Source: a virus
Virus record (IMG/VR): IMGVR_UViG_3300032157_000014
Coordinates: 1-49,848 of that record
Reading direction: 5' to 3' (one strand)
Length of the DNA: 49,848 bases
In this document: piece by piece, positions 33,201 through 41,021 of the stretch
Numbering within the stretch: position 1 is the first letter of the stretch
Layout: the number at the start of each line of letters is the position of its first letter
The notes under the pieces: model-generated
What the model was told of the DNA's origin: nothing
Database searches by the model: none
Seen by the model: the letters and a program-made list of their open reading frames with translations, nothing else
Translations under genes and position numbers: made by a program

Positions 33201-33959
33201 GCCCTGGTACTTGGAGATCGACGTCGCGCCGATCTTGAATTCGGAAAGGATGACGTCGTTGTAGCCGAAGTCGAAGACCATGTAGAGGTACTGGTCCTCC
33301 CCCTGGAATTCGGTGAACGGGCGTCCGCCGAGATCCGGGAAAACGCGATGCTTGCCGCAGATCTTCATCAGCGGCTCGAAGGGCCGCATCCGGTTCGAGC
33401 CACCCGTGAGCGCGTAGGTCGGCGATTCCGCCGGGCCGGCGAGGCGCCCCTGCGCCTGGGAGATGTTCGGCTTGGGCGGCGGGAAGAGCGAATTGATCAC
33501 CAGGCCACCGGCGAAGCTGATCACGCCGCCGAGAATCGTCGCGGCCGATATGCCGAGGATCGTGGTGCCTGCGATTCCCAGGGCACCTGCAGCCAGGGCA
33601 CCCAGCGCTGGAGCGACGAACATCAGGCCGATCTGCAGCACCGTCGCGATCGGATTTTTCTTTCCGCCACCGCCACCGCGCACCAGCACTGTGAGATTGA
33701 CGAGGGTGCCGTGCTTGGGCCGGACGTGCGGCCAGAGCTCGCGCGGCACGCGGTGGCCGTCAATCGTGCACAGCACCGGGCGCCGGCCGATCTTCCTGGC
33801 AATGCCGCTGCGCTCGAGGTACTGCGCGATCGTCTCGCCGGGGGTGAACAAGGCGTAGATAAGCTCGCGATCGCGCGCGGGATCGAGCGGGTGCGGCGAG
33901 TACGCCAGCACCGGATCGCGCCCCGGGACCAGGATCCGGGAGGAGTCGCTCAGGTCCAT
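30279..33959 (-). CDS. Host-specificity (lambda J-like) tail-tip protein with an N-terminal tail-assembly-protein-I-like segment
   Basis: 1,226 aa. The N-terminus ...TLVNLTVLVRGGGGGKKNPIATVLQIGLMFVAPALGALAAG... is gpI-like: a Gly/Lys run followed by a hydrophobic segment. The J-like core contains ...ETSNPAWWVLDAARGKR.... It follows the K-like gene. Confidence 0.75.
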   Translation of the reverse strand: MDLSDSSRILVPGRDPVLAYSPHPLDPARDRELIYALFTPGETIAQYLERSGIARKIGRRPVLCTIDGHRVPRELWPHVRPKHGTLVNLTVLVRGGGGGKKNPIATVLQIGLMFVAPALGALAAGALGIAGTTILGISAATILGGVISFAGGLVINSLFPPPKPNISQAQGRLAGPAESPTYALTGGSNRMRPFEPLMKICGKHRVFPDLGGRPFTEFQGEDQYLYMVFDFGYNDVILSEFKIGATSISKYQGVTLQESGEDGKITLVHGNVDSQQGAALTAAAGWIQRTSSPNATALAIEIVGQQYGISTTDGSIVEISRNIEAEYRLVGSAPWLPFWAGSSQITISNGRRAPVRKMYKITVTEGQYEIRVRRTSADETLDTEVSDLSWSQLRTYQPDTADYTGRKRVGLKIKASGQINGVVDQFSAMASGRCETWNGSSWVVAETSNPAWWVLDAARGKRVGSRRVWGGMIPDERIGLENLKLFGAWCTAKSLTFDAVFDQQISVFEMLNAIALCGRGTVSRGSGRLEVVWDAPDQPVVGVFSMSNIKRDTFEIVYQTGDLADEIVLSFINVDLDWQRDTVRQLVGGATEPVRSRSVELFGCVRKAMAGKAVNLYAAQQVLRAKTYKWQTDWEGMPAQRGNVAKLAHDLASADYSGRLIEGSSSTVLKLSRKVPLAAAGSFVTIVRPDQHFATYDVVAGFGDTDELTLTEALDFDPGADPEHPVYDYKWLFGHASTPGKKVKIAGWKPVSHDTVEITAVDELPEFYASEDAPYQYTAPTQVFGSVEISNLELTEDGVRAGTGYLVKCTASWDTGGDYASAEVRVSINGGPLEPRGETRGRSFTFTAPDLAAVVVEVTAWSSLKRLGQFEVVTASRTLNFAAAARPDPVLIFTVDGDLLKWVFANAVDVIGYRIRFHYGDRRTWEDAAPLHDGLLTASPWRPESRPSGPLTFMIKPVDAAYLESTDAAVIVTDLGDAAIANVLEEFDLQAEGFPGTIEGGAVAGGDLVADETDGLYRPSDSAPFYATSDGDTFYHGTDYTEMVYTTGEIVPSEPLSGSTLTIVSAIEGSPVYIEYRQSGPAPMFSDDDSDAFYSDDDEAPFYSPAPGWSVWPGSIVVTHQPYEFRFITGQGQVQGAITELKLVVDAPDIVEELDDIEIDAAGTRLPITKTFNVIKNVQLTLQADGGDAVGVLILDKDTEFGPLTRCIDGASSFVDGLVDARIKGY

Positions 33960-34357
33960 CGGTAGAAGCCTTCGACGCGGTAACCTTGGCCGGCGAGATC
34001 TCGCAGCCGCGTAACCACCACCTGGCCCATGCGCTCGGCGGCGTGCAGCACCCAGGCCTCGGCGACCATCACGCAGTAGATGCCGGCGTGCATCACCCGG
34101 GAGCCGCTATACATCATCACCAGATCGCCCTCCCGCGGATCCGCGACAGGCTGCGCCAGGCACTTCAGCCCATCTTCCACCTGCGCCGCCATGGCGCGCA
34201 GACGCGCAGCGCCTTCCTTGCCTGCGTACCAGCGCTCGCTGGGAATCGCGACCTCGCGGCCGAACACCTCGCGCTGGACCATGCGCGCGAGCTCGCCGCA
34301 GTCGAACTCCACCTCGACGAACGGCCGACCGACATAGCGCTCGCTCCAGTGCTGCAT
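33950..34357 (-). CDS. NlpC/P60-domain tail protein (lambda K-like position)
   Basis: FDCGELARMVQREVFG (the Cys region) and GDLVMMYSGSRVMHAGIY (the His region). Confidence 0.65.
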   Translation of the reverse strand: MQHWSERYVGRPFVEVEFDCGELARMVQREVFGREVAIPSERWYAGKEGAARLRAMAAQVEDGLKCLAQPVADPREGDLVMMYSGSRVMHAGIYCVMVAEAWVLHAAERMGQVVVTRLRDLAGQGYRVEGFYRWT

Positions 34358-34830
34358 CAGAAGATCCCCGGCTGGACGTCGGGACGCTGCGTGACCGCCA
34401 GCGCAGGCAGGGAGAGCGTGTCCTCGTAGCCGAGCTCGCCGTAGACGAAGGCGCCGTCGCGCCGCACGTTGAGGAGATCCAGCGTGGCGTCGAACTCCAG
34501 GACGTCAGGCGTATCGCGCATCACCTGCATGATTCGAACCTGCGAGCCGCGCCCGCCCTGCGAGGCCTCGAGCCAGGCCGTGAGCTCGCCGCCGACGTTG
34601 TCCATGCGCACCGGCGCGCGCGGCATCTGGTTTTCGATGTCGTCTGGCAGCGCGATCTCGAAGGCGAACGCGAGATAGGTTTCGCCGTTGGAAATGATGT
34701 TTTCGACGTCGCGCACCACGCGGATCGGCACCTCGAGCTGCGCGTGCAGGATCTCAAGCAGGTAGACCGGCTCCTCGCCCGAGGTCGACCCGGTCCGTTC
34801 CTTGAAGTGGTTGGTGTAGGCCTTAGACAT
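34357..34830 (-). CDS. Minor tail protein (DUF1833 / lambda L-like position)
   Basis: EPVYLLEILHAQLEVPIRVVRDVENIISNGETYLAFAFEIALPDD...VRMDNVGGEL matches the DUF1833 pattern as I remember it. Confidence 0.55.
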   Translation of the reverse strand: MSKAYTNHFKERTGSTSGEEPVYLLEILHAQLEVPIRVVRDVENIISNGETYLAFAFEIALPDDIENQMPRAPVRMDNVGGELTAWLEASQGGRGSQVRIMQVMRDTPDVLEFDATLDLLNVRRDGAFVYGELGYEDTLSLPALAVTQRPDVQPGIF

Positions 34831-35176
34831 AGGTTTCGATCTCGCACCCGAGCACCCACCGATCGAGCCCCTTCCGTTTCGGCCGCAGGCTGATCTGGCC
34901 GCCCACGATGCGCGCCGACTTCTCCACGCTGTCGTAGGGATCGGTCCAGTCGAACCAGTCGGCGCCGCGGTTGATGGTGTCGTTGAACCAGGTCATGAAC
35001 GCGTCCTTGTCGGCCTTGGACGTGATCAGGTACTGCACCGGCCGCTTGACCAGGACCTTCGACGCGGTCTTCGTCTGCTTGACGAAGAGATCCTCCATCT
35101 CGGTGCGGCGCACCGCCGGCGACACGTTCTCCTGGAAGCCGTCGAAGAGCAGGACCAGCGCGGCCGGGAATGCCAT
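34823..35176 (-). CDS. Minor tail protein (lambda M-like position)
   Basis: 117 aa, immediately downstream of the tape-measure gene. Assigned from position only. Confidence 0.45.
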   Translation of the reverse strand: MAFPAALVLLFDGFQENVSPAVRRTEMEDLFVKQTKTASKVLVKRPVQYLITSKADKDAFMTWFNDTINRGADWFDWTDPYDSVEKSARIVGGQISLRPKRKGLDRWVLGCEIETYV

Positions 35177-37404
35177 CAGCTCACCGGGCCCGAGGCCTGT
35201 TTCATCGCGTCGCGGATCGGCCCGCCGCGCTGCAGGTCACGCAGGACCACGCCGATCACGTACCCCTCACCGTCGAACTTCGGCGCGCGCTGCTCGGCTT
35301 GTACCGGCATGCTCGACTGGTTGATCACCTGGATCGTGACGCTCGGCGCGCGGCTGCCGAGCGCCCGCATCTGCCCGGGCGTGAGCACGCTTTCGTCCTG
35401 CCGGATGATCGCCGGCATTTCGCCGGGCCCGATTCCGCTGTGGAAGCGAGGCGCGCGCTCGTAGTAGGCCGGGTGCACATAGCGCGGGACGCCGAACTCA
35501 CCGGGACCGCGGCCGGAATGGTAGGGGACCGAGCTGACGCCTCCAGGAATGACATCCGGGCTGCCGCCGCCCAGGATCCCGTCGAGCGCCTTGGTGCCGG
35601 CGCTCAGCCACGGATCCATGAGGCGCTTCTTGATCTGGATCGCGACGAGCTCCTCCACGAAGCTGCGGGCCGCGGCGCCGAGCGACTCGAAACTGACTTT
35701 GCCGTCGAGAGCGGCTTTCGCGAGCGTCCGGCTCGTGTCGCGCCCCCAGCCCTCGATCGCGTTCTTGAGCCCGTCGAAGGCCTCGGTGCCGGCGCCGGCG
35801 AGCTTCTTGTAGCTATCCTCGACCTTGTCCAGGGCTCGGACCTCGGCCGCGGCAAACTCGTCGGCCGACAGCACGCCGGCCTCCCGCATCTCGACCAGGC
35901 GCTTGAGCGTGCTGAGGTAGGCCTCCCAGGGATCCAGCGACTCACGCATCGCCTGAGCCTCGCGCTCGAGCGCCTTGTGGTGATCGGTGGCGGCCTTCTC
36001 GAGGGCCTGCTGCTGCTCTTCCTGCAGCTTCTGGATGTGCAGCGCGCGGGTCGACTCGTCGTTGAGCGCCTTCTGCGCGTCGACTGCTTTGGCCAGGGAC
36101 AGCGCCTTTTCCTTGTTCTCTTCCGAGTACGTCTTGGTGCCATCGGTGATCTGGCGCTGCACCTTGTCGTAGGTCGTCGCCTCGTGCTTGAGTGCATCCA
36201 GCTGGTTCTGCAGCTGGATGACGAGCGACTCGCCGGTGTCAGACGGGCCGCGGCCCTTCTTCTCCTTGGCGTCCTTGACGATCGAGTCCGGCGCCGCGGT
36301 CCTGCCGGATCCGCTCGGCACCTCGCTGTAGCCGGTCGGGTTGTTGATCGCGAGGTTCGCGGCCAGCCGGTTGCGCTCGCGCTCGAACATATCAATCTCG
36401 CCCTGCAGGGAGCGGATATCGCCCCTCACGTTCTGCCCGCCTTCGAGCTTGCGCTGCAGGACGCCCATGCGCTCCTGCCGGCGCTTGAGCTGCAGGTTCA
36501 CGTTGTCGAGCTCCTGCTTGTCGCTGCCGACGCCGGCGAGTTCCAGTCCGGCCTGACGCAGCCCCTCGAGCACGGTATGCAGCAGCCCGCCTTCGTTGCG
36601 CGCCGCGCGCATGCGCTCGGTGACGCGCGCGAGGTTTTCGACCACGCCGACCGCGAGGGCCTGGCCCAGCCCCTGGGCGCTCAGCGACAGGACCTTGATG
36701 TCGTCGTTGAACTGCTTCGCCAGCTGGGAGGTTTCGGTGGAGATCTTCAGGCCAAGCCTCTCGGCCTCGTTGCGCACCTTCTGGATCTCGGTGCTGGACT
36801 GCGTGAGCCAGGGAAGCAGGTCGTCGGCCAGGCCCTTGCCGAACACCTTGGCGGCCGTGGCGGCACGGCCGGCGCCGCGCTCCATGCCGGCGAAACGATC
36901 GTGCAGATCGTTCATCACGTCGTCGACGGCGCGCAGCTTGCCAGTGCCGTCCTGATACTCGACCCCCAGCGCCTTGAAGAGCGCGATCGCCTCCCGGCTG
37001 CCGGAGTTCGCCGCGAGCATCTTGATCGACAGCTGCTGGTACCCCTGCGCCACCTTCTCGATCGTGGTGTTGCCAAGCTCGGCCTCGAGCCGCATGACCG
37101 ACATCTGCTCGGTGGTCATGTCGTAGCGCTCGGCCAAGGTGCCGAGGTTGTCCGCCGCTTCGAGGTAGGCCTTCGCGGCCATCACCTGGATCGCCGCATA
37201 CCCGGCGACGGCGGTGCCGGCGGCCGCGGCCGCCAGGGCCACGCCGCCCATCGCCACCGCCATGAGCTGCTGCCCCTTGGCGGCCTCCGCGGCGAGCTGG
37301 TTGAGATCCTTGATCTCGTCCTTGGCGTCGCCGGCGGCCTGCTTGAACCCGCCCGGGCCGTCGATCCGGCCCTTGATGTCAATTCGAATGTCTTTGTCGC
37401 TCAT
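35176..37404 (-). CDS. Tail tape-measure protein
   Basis: 742 aa. N-terminal hydrophobic Ala/Gly segment, long helical regions rich in Ala, Glu, Lys and Gln, and a position after the G/GT chaperones. Confidence 0.8.
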   Translation of the reverse strand: MSDKDIRIDIKGRIDGPGGFKQAAGDAKDEIKDLNQLAAEAAKGQQLMAVAMGGVALAAAAAGTAVAGYAAIQVMAAKAYLEAADNLGTLAERYDMTTEQMSVMRLEAELGNTTIEKVAQGYQQLSIKMLAANSGSREAIALFKALGVEYQDGTGKLRAVDDVMNDLHDRFAGMERGAGRAATAAKVFGKGLADDLLPWLTQSSTEIQKVRNEAERLGLKISTETSQLAKQFNDDIKVLSLSAQGLGQALAVGVVENLARVTERMRAARNEGGLLHTVLEGLRQAGLELAGVGSDKQELDNVNLQLKRRQERMGVLQRKLEGGQNVRGDIRSLQGEIDMFERERNRLAANLAINNPTGYSEVPSGSGRTAAPDSIVKDAKEKKGRGPSDTGESLVIQLQNQLDALKHEATTYDKVQRQITDGTKTYSEENKEKALSLAKAVDAQKALNDESTRALHIQKLQEEQQQALEKAATDHHKALEREAQAMRESLDPWEAYLSTLKRLVEMREAGVLSADEFAAAEVRALDKVEDSYKKLAGAGTEAFDGLKNAIEGWGRDTSRTLAKAALDGKVSFESLGAAARSFVEELVAIQIKKRLMDPWLSAGTKALDGILGGGSPDVIPGGVSSVPYHSGRGPGEFGVPRYVHPAYYERAPRFHSGIGPGEMPAIIRQDESVLTPGQMRALGSRAPSVTIQVINQSSMPVQAEQRAPKFDGEGYVIGVVLRDLQRGGPIRDAMKQASGPVS

Positions 37405-37699
37405 CGCCGTCGATCTCCAGCCACGTCTCCTCGATCGCGCCGATCAGGATCAGCGTGCGTTCGGTGTCCCAGCCCCGCTCGCGCGCGATCGCGAGCAGCG
37501 GCCCAAGATCCAGGCCGGCGCGGCCACCGAATGAATGGCGCCACTGCGTCGAGGTGCGAACGAACAAGGTCCATACGGGCTCTTCCCAATCAAGCTGCGG
37601 CGGCCAGTCGGCCGGATCCACCGTCTTGCCGGCCTTCCTAACGCTTTCGATGTACTCCCACCCGAGGAGGCGTTCCCAGCTCGCCCGGGCTTTCAGTCT
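37379..37699 (-). CDS. Tail assembly chaperone T-part (-1 frame extension of the G-like ORF; GT fusion about 225 aa)
   Basis: The -1 frame is open from the slippery site: ...RLKARASWERLLGWEYIESVRKAGKTVDPADWPPQLDWEEPVWTLF.... This merges with track ORF 37379..37621. There is no convincing independent RBS or start. Confidence 0.65.
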   Translation of the reverse strand, partial: RLKARASWERLLGWEYIESVRKAGKTVDPADWPPQLDWEEPVWTLFVRTSTQWRHSFGGRAGLDLGPLLAIARERGWDTERTLILIGAIEETWLEIDGDERQRHSN

Positions 37700-38055
37700 T
37701 TTTTTGCTGCGTCGAGCTCCTGTTCGCGATAGTGCTCGATCGAGCGCGCCTCACGGATGATCCACGGCATGATCGTGCTGCAGTGGTTGCGCGCGAATTC
37801 GTCGACAGTCGTTTCGTTGCAGACCGTCTCGACGTCGCCTTCGCCGACACCGGACCAGCCCTTGATGCACTCCTTGGCCACCAGCCGGGCGAAGAGCACG
37901 GCGTTGACGTTGCCGTACATATCGGAGCATTCCCGCGTGAGCTCCTGGTCCCGCTCGCCTGCGAGCGGCGCGATCGTGAACTTGGCGCCGCTGTTCGGGT
38001 GCGTGCGCTCGAGCGCCTCCTTCAGTGGCTTGATGGAGAGCTTGAATTTCGCCAT
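37693..38055 (-). CDS. Tail assembly chaperone (lambda G-like), 120 aa
   Basis: MAKFKLSIKPLKEALERTHPNSGAKFTIAPLAGERDQELTRE.... Lies between the major tail and tape-measure genes and ends at the slippery site. Confidence 0.65.
   Translation of the reverse strand: MAKFKLSIKPLKEALERTHPNSGAKFTIAPLAGERDQELTRECSDMYGNVNAVLFARLVAKECIKGWSGVGEGDVETVCNETTVDEFARNHCSTIMPWIIREARSIEHYREQELDAAKKD
37698..37705 (-). promoter_or_regulatory. Programmed -1 ribosomal frameshift slippery site A_AAA_AAA(G)
   Basis: The minus strand reads GCA GCA AAA AAA GAC TGA. Seven A residues end 4 nt before the G-ORF stop, and the frames differ by exactly -1 (coordinates mod 3 are 1 versus 2). Confidence 0.7.
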
Positions 38056-38056
38056 G

Positions 38057-39274
38057 TCAGTACGCCGTGACGTCGTTGACCAGGACGATGATCGGGCTGT
38101 AGGCCGAGCGGTGCGCGCGCCAGGTGGTCGTTGCGCGCAAGCCGGAGCGGCCTTCCTTTGCCGGCGCCTTCTCCACGAGCTCGACGTTCCAGTAGTCCTG
38201 CGTGAGCTTGAACGTGTTCGATCCATTGACGGCCGCAGACACGAGGCGCAGCCGGGTGCTGGTGCCGGCGCGCGCCAGGGCGTAGGCGTCGCCGCCGTTG
38301 AAGAGCGACGTGATCTCGCCGCCCATGGTGAGCTCGCCGTTGTCGATGAACCCCGGCCCCTCCAACTCGTCGCCCGTCATCAGAGGATCGAGGTTGTTGC
38401 CGAACCTCCAGTTGCCGGCGATGACAGTTCCGAGGCCGGTGGTGCCGTCCGAGATTCCTCCCTTGCCGCTGCAGGCGCGAACTGCGGTATAGGCCGTCGC
38501 ACTGCCGTCGAAGGCGGAAGACGGCACGGGGTCTACTTCGTAGCCGGCGACGATGTCCAGGGAGATGTTCTGCTCGTTGCCCAGGATGTCGCCGCCGATG
38601 TTGTTCACCTTGCAGCCGAGATAGCGGTAGTACTTCGAGATGTCCGAGTGCTGCATCTCGAGGAGCGCGCTCGGCCGCAGCGTGGTGTTGATCGGGAAAA
38701 CGTGCGCCTTCAGGCTGCCGGACACGGCGATGTTGGCATCGTTCTGGTTGCCACCCGGAAGCAGCGCCGGGATCACGGTGACTGTGATGCTCTTGCCGCC
38801 GCCGTTCGATTCCAGAGTGAAGACCCCGCCGCCGCTGACGTCGACCGGCGTGCCGGCGGATCCGCTTGCCACCGCCCAGGCGAGCGTGCTTCCCGCGCTC
38901 GCGAAGGTGAGCGTGCCGTTGCCGGTCGTCGCATCCGAGGACGCGTAGTGGATGGTGACGCCGGTGACGTTGGTAGGCTGCACCGTGACCGCCTTGCCGA
39001 CCGTCGCTGCGCCCAGCGCGTTCTTCAGCCAGAAGCCGATGGTGCGCAGGTCGAAGATCGACGAGATCGGCCCGTCGACTGTCGGGTCGCCCTGGTCCGT
39101 CTTCTCGCGCAGCGCGGACTGGTTGATCGTGTTGTTCTCCTGCCGGTTGGCCTTGCGCTCTACGCCGAAGCTCGTGAAAGGCAGCACGGTGGCGCCGGGC
39201 GTGGGGGCGGTGCGGAAGGTGACTTCGCTCTGGCCGATCAGCTTGCCGAGCGCGTTGCGGGCGGGGGCGGTCAT
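38057..39274 (-). CDS. Major tail (tube) protein, 405 aa
   Basis: Beta-rich composition (Thr/Ser/Gly/Val) and a position immediately upstream of the G/GT chaperones. Confidence 0.55.
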   Translation of the reverse strand: MTAPARNALGKLIGQSEVTFRTAPTPGATVLPFTSFGVERKANRQENNTINQSALREKTDQGDPTVDGPISSIFDLRTIGFWLKNALGAATVGKAVTVQPTNVTGVTIHYASSDATTGNGTLTFASAGSTLAWAVASGSAGTPVDVSGGGVFTLESNGGGKSITVTVIPALLPGGNQNDANIAVSGSLKAHVFPINTTLRPSALLEMQHSDISKYYRYLGCKVNNIGGDILGNEQNISLDIVAGYEVDPVPSSAFDGSATAYTAVRACSGKGGISDGTTGLGTVIAGNWRFGNNLDPLMTGDELEGPGFIDNGELTMGGEITSLFNGGDAYALARAGTSTRLRLVSAAVNGSNTFKLTQDYWNVELVEKAPAKEGRSGLRATTTWRAHRSAYSPIIVLVNDVTAY

Positions 39275-39277
39275 GGT

Positions 39278-39505
39278 CTACTCCTTGGAAAAATCGGCCG
39301 CCGGCGAAGCCTGCGGGGTGGGTTTGAAATCGAAATGGCCGAAGTCGGCGCGCTTCTGCATGGCGGCCCACTCGGCGTCCGTGACCGGCTGCGAGTCGCC
39401 CTGGCGCCACACCCTGCCGGCGAAGTGAACCTCTGGCGGTCCCTGGTGGTAGGCGACGCGCGAGGGCTGCGGCGCGGCCGCGGCGGCTTTCTTTTTCGTG
39501 TCCAT
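39278..39505 (-). CDS. Hypothetical protein (75 aa)
   Basis: MDTKKKAAAAAPQPSRVAYHQGPPEVHFAGRVWRQGDSQPVTDAEWAAMQKRADFGHFDF.... TGATG overlap with the upstream stop. Confidence 0.45.
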   Translation of the reverse strand: MDTKKKAAAAAPQPSRVAYHQGPPEVHFAGRVWRQGDSQPVTDAEWAAMQKRADFGHFDFKPTPQASPAADFSKE

Positions 39506-39765
39506 CAGGCTGCCTCCAGGTTGTCTTTGAGCACCGCGTTCATCTCCGAGAGGTCGATCTTGATGTTCTGGCGATCGAGCTCTGCCTTGCACAGCGTGAA
39601 GCCAAGCCGGTACTTGTCGCGCAGCGCGTACTGTTTCGACAGATCCTTGCGCAGGCGCCAGACCTCGTGCCCGAGGACCGCGGTGATGATGATGAGCAGG
39701 CCAATGACGCCGCCTTTCTCAATCACACCCGCGAGCTGGGGGAGCGATGCAATGAAGTCGGCCAT
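39505..39765 (-). CDS. Single-TM protein (86 aa), holin/antiholin-like or lysis accessory
   Basis: MADFIASLPQLAGVIEKGGVIGLLIIITAVLGHEVWRLRK... has one TM segment followed by a charged helical tail. Confidence 0.45.
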   Translation of the reverse strand: MADFIASLPQLAGVIEKGGVIGLLIIITAVLGHEVWRLRKDLSKQYALRDKYRLGFTLCKAELDRQNIKIDLSEMNAVLKDNLEAA

Positions 39766-40052
39766 AAGACGGTTTGATAGACCAGTCGGAAGATCATGAG
39801 CAGGACCGCCAGGTGCTCGAGGAGCAGCCCGATCGCGAAGATCTCCCAGGCGCCCCACAGCCCGAGCTCCGGCCAGATCCGGCCGACCAGGGCGACGGCG
39901 TAGGCGGCGCTGGCGATCGACATGGCCAGGATCAGACCGAACACAGAGAGCTTCTGCATCCAGCACGGCGCGCGCCGGTAAAGCGCGACGACGCCGGCAA
40001 GGGCGAACAGGTGGACTACGAACAGCGTGATCGACCAGGAAATGGAGTTCAT
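39723..40052 (-). CDS. Holin candidate (109 aa, 3-4 TM)
   Basis: ITLFVVHLFALAGVVALY, LSVFGLILAMSIASAAYAVALVG and AWEIFAIGLLLEHLAVLLMIF. ATGA overlap with the i-spanin stop. Confidence 0.55.
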   Translation of the reverse strand: MNSISWSITLFVVHLFALAGVVALYRRAPCWMQKLSVFGLILAMSIASAAYAVALVGRIWPELGLWGAWEIFAIGLLLEHLAVLLMIFRLVYQTVLWPTSLHRSPSSRV

Positions 40053-40651
40053 GGAATCCCCGCGTTGATGGTCTTGCGGTCCTCCTCGGCTATCGCGAGG
40101 CAGGTGGTGAGGCGCTTCCCGTAGGCGTTGCCTTTGACGGCGATTCCCACAAGAGATTTTTCAACTCCTGGAGCAAGTCGGTAACAGGTTCGGCCGCCAC
40201 TTCCGCCGGCACCGGCTGCAGCCGCGGGCCCGGCACCTGCTGTCCCGACTGCGCTGGGGCAGGCGACAGTTTGAATGACTCCTTCGCGCAGGACGAGAGC
40301 GCCAGAATCGAGATCACCAAGCAAGCGATCGCCAGCATCTTTGTCACGGGCTCTCTCCTTTTTCAGTTCATCTGCCAGGTCGTTGATCCGCTTCGCCGAG
40401 GCCTGCTCGAGATCCCGGTAGGCCTTGTTCAGTCGGATGATCTCGGCGCGCGCGGCGGCGAGCGCTTCGTTGTCGCGCGCCTTGTAGGCGGCATCGCATT
40501 CGTCCTTGCCAGACTTCTTGATCGCGGCATCGCGCTGCTCGATGTAGCTGGTGACGGCGTAGACCACGCCAGCGATCGCCGTGACCAGGAGCGCGGCCGC
40601 GACGAGCATCCCGATGATCTCGAGGGCCGAGTAGCCGCGTTCGCGCCGCAT
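40049..40651 (-). CDS. i-spanin (Rz-like)
   Basis: N-terminal TM segment (ALEIIGMLVAAALLVTAIAGVVYAV) followed by a charged coiled coil. It contains an embedded lipoprotein ORF in another frame. Confidence 0.7.
   Translation of the reverse strand: MRRERGYSALEIIGMLVAAALLVTAIAGVVYAVTSYIEQRDAAIKKSGKDECDAAYKARDNEALAAARAEIIRLNKAYRDLEQASAKRINDLADELKKERARDKDAGDRLLGDLDSGALVLREGVIQTVACPSAVGTAGAGPAAAAGAGGSGGRTCYRLAPGVEKSLVGIAVKGNAYGKRLTTCLAIAEEDRKTINAGIP
40090..40347 (-). CDS. o-spanin (Rz1-like), fully embedded in the i-spanin gene
   Basis: MTKMLAIACLVISILALSSC carries a lipobox (LSSC). The mature part is Pro-rich (SPAPAQSGQQVPGPRLQPVPAE). Confidence 0.7.
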   Translation of the reverse strand: MTKMLAIACLVISILALSSCAKESFKLSPAPAQSGQQVPGPRLQPVPAEVAAEPVTDLLQELKNLLWESPSKATPTGSASPPASR

Positions 40652-40652
40652 C

Positions 40653-41021
40653 TCAGGATTCCTTTCCGAGAACGGTGCTCATATCGCCTTCGTCGCGCAC
40701 GCAGGCGGTGGCGAGCGCCGCGGCGAAGGCCTGCGGCCTGGTGCCTCTGGCGATCTCGCGGATCGCGGCGTCGAGGATCAGCCTGCCCAGGCGCGTCGCC
40801 TCGTCGGTCTGATACGTGAAGACGTCCTGCAGGGCTCCCTCGATCTGCTTGCGCGACACCTTCTGCTTGACGAGAGAAGCGGTGAGGAGCGCGAGCGTGG
40901 TGAACGCCTGGCAATCGGAGATCGACATCGCCTTGGGTTGCGGCTGCCGCTCCTTCGCCTGGGCGGCCGCCGGCGCCGGCATGGCCAGGGCGATCGCGGC
41001 GGCGAGGACCAGGATCCTCAT
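40653..41021 (-). CDS. Secreted protein (122 aa, signal peptide) within the lysis cassette
   Basis: MRILVLAAAIALAMPAPAAAQA. ATGA overlap with the endolysin stop at 41018. Confidence 0.55.
   Translation of the reverse strand: MRILVLAAAIALAMPAPAAAQAKERQPQPKAMSISDCQAFTTLALLTASLVKQKVSRKQIEGALQDVFTYQTDEATRLGRLILDAAIREIARGTRPQAFAAALATACVRDEGDMSTVLGKES

Noticed and set aside
35170-37641. Very long plus-strand ORFs antisense to structural genes: 35170..37641 (823 aa), 42545..45157 (870 aa), 37757..39799 (680 aa), 2159..3790 and 4080..5438.
   Set aside because: Their products are dominated by Arg, Ala, Gly, Pro, Leu and Asp/His, the typical shadow-frame composition of high-GC DNA. They lie opposite ORFs with normal composition, recognisable motifs and coupled start/stop overlaps.
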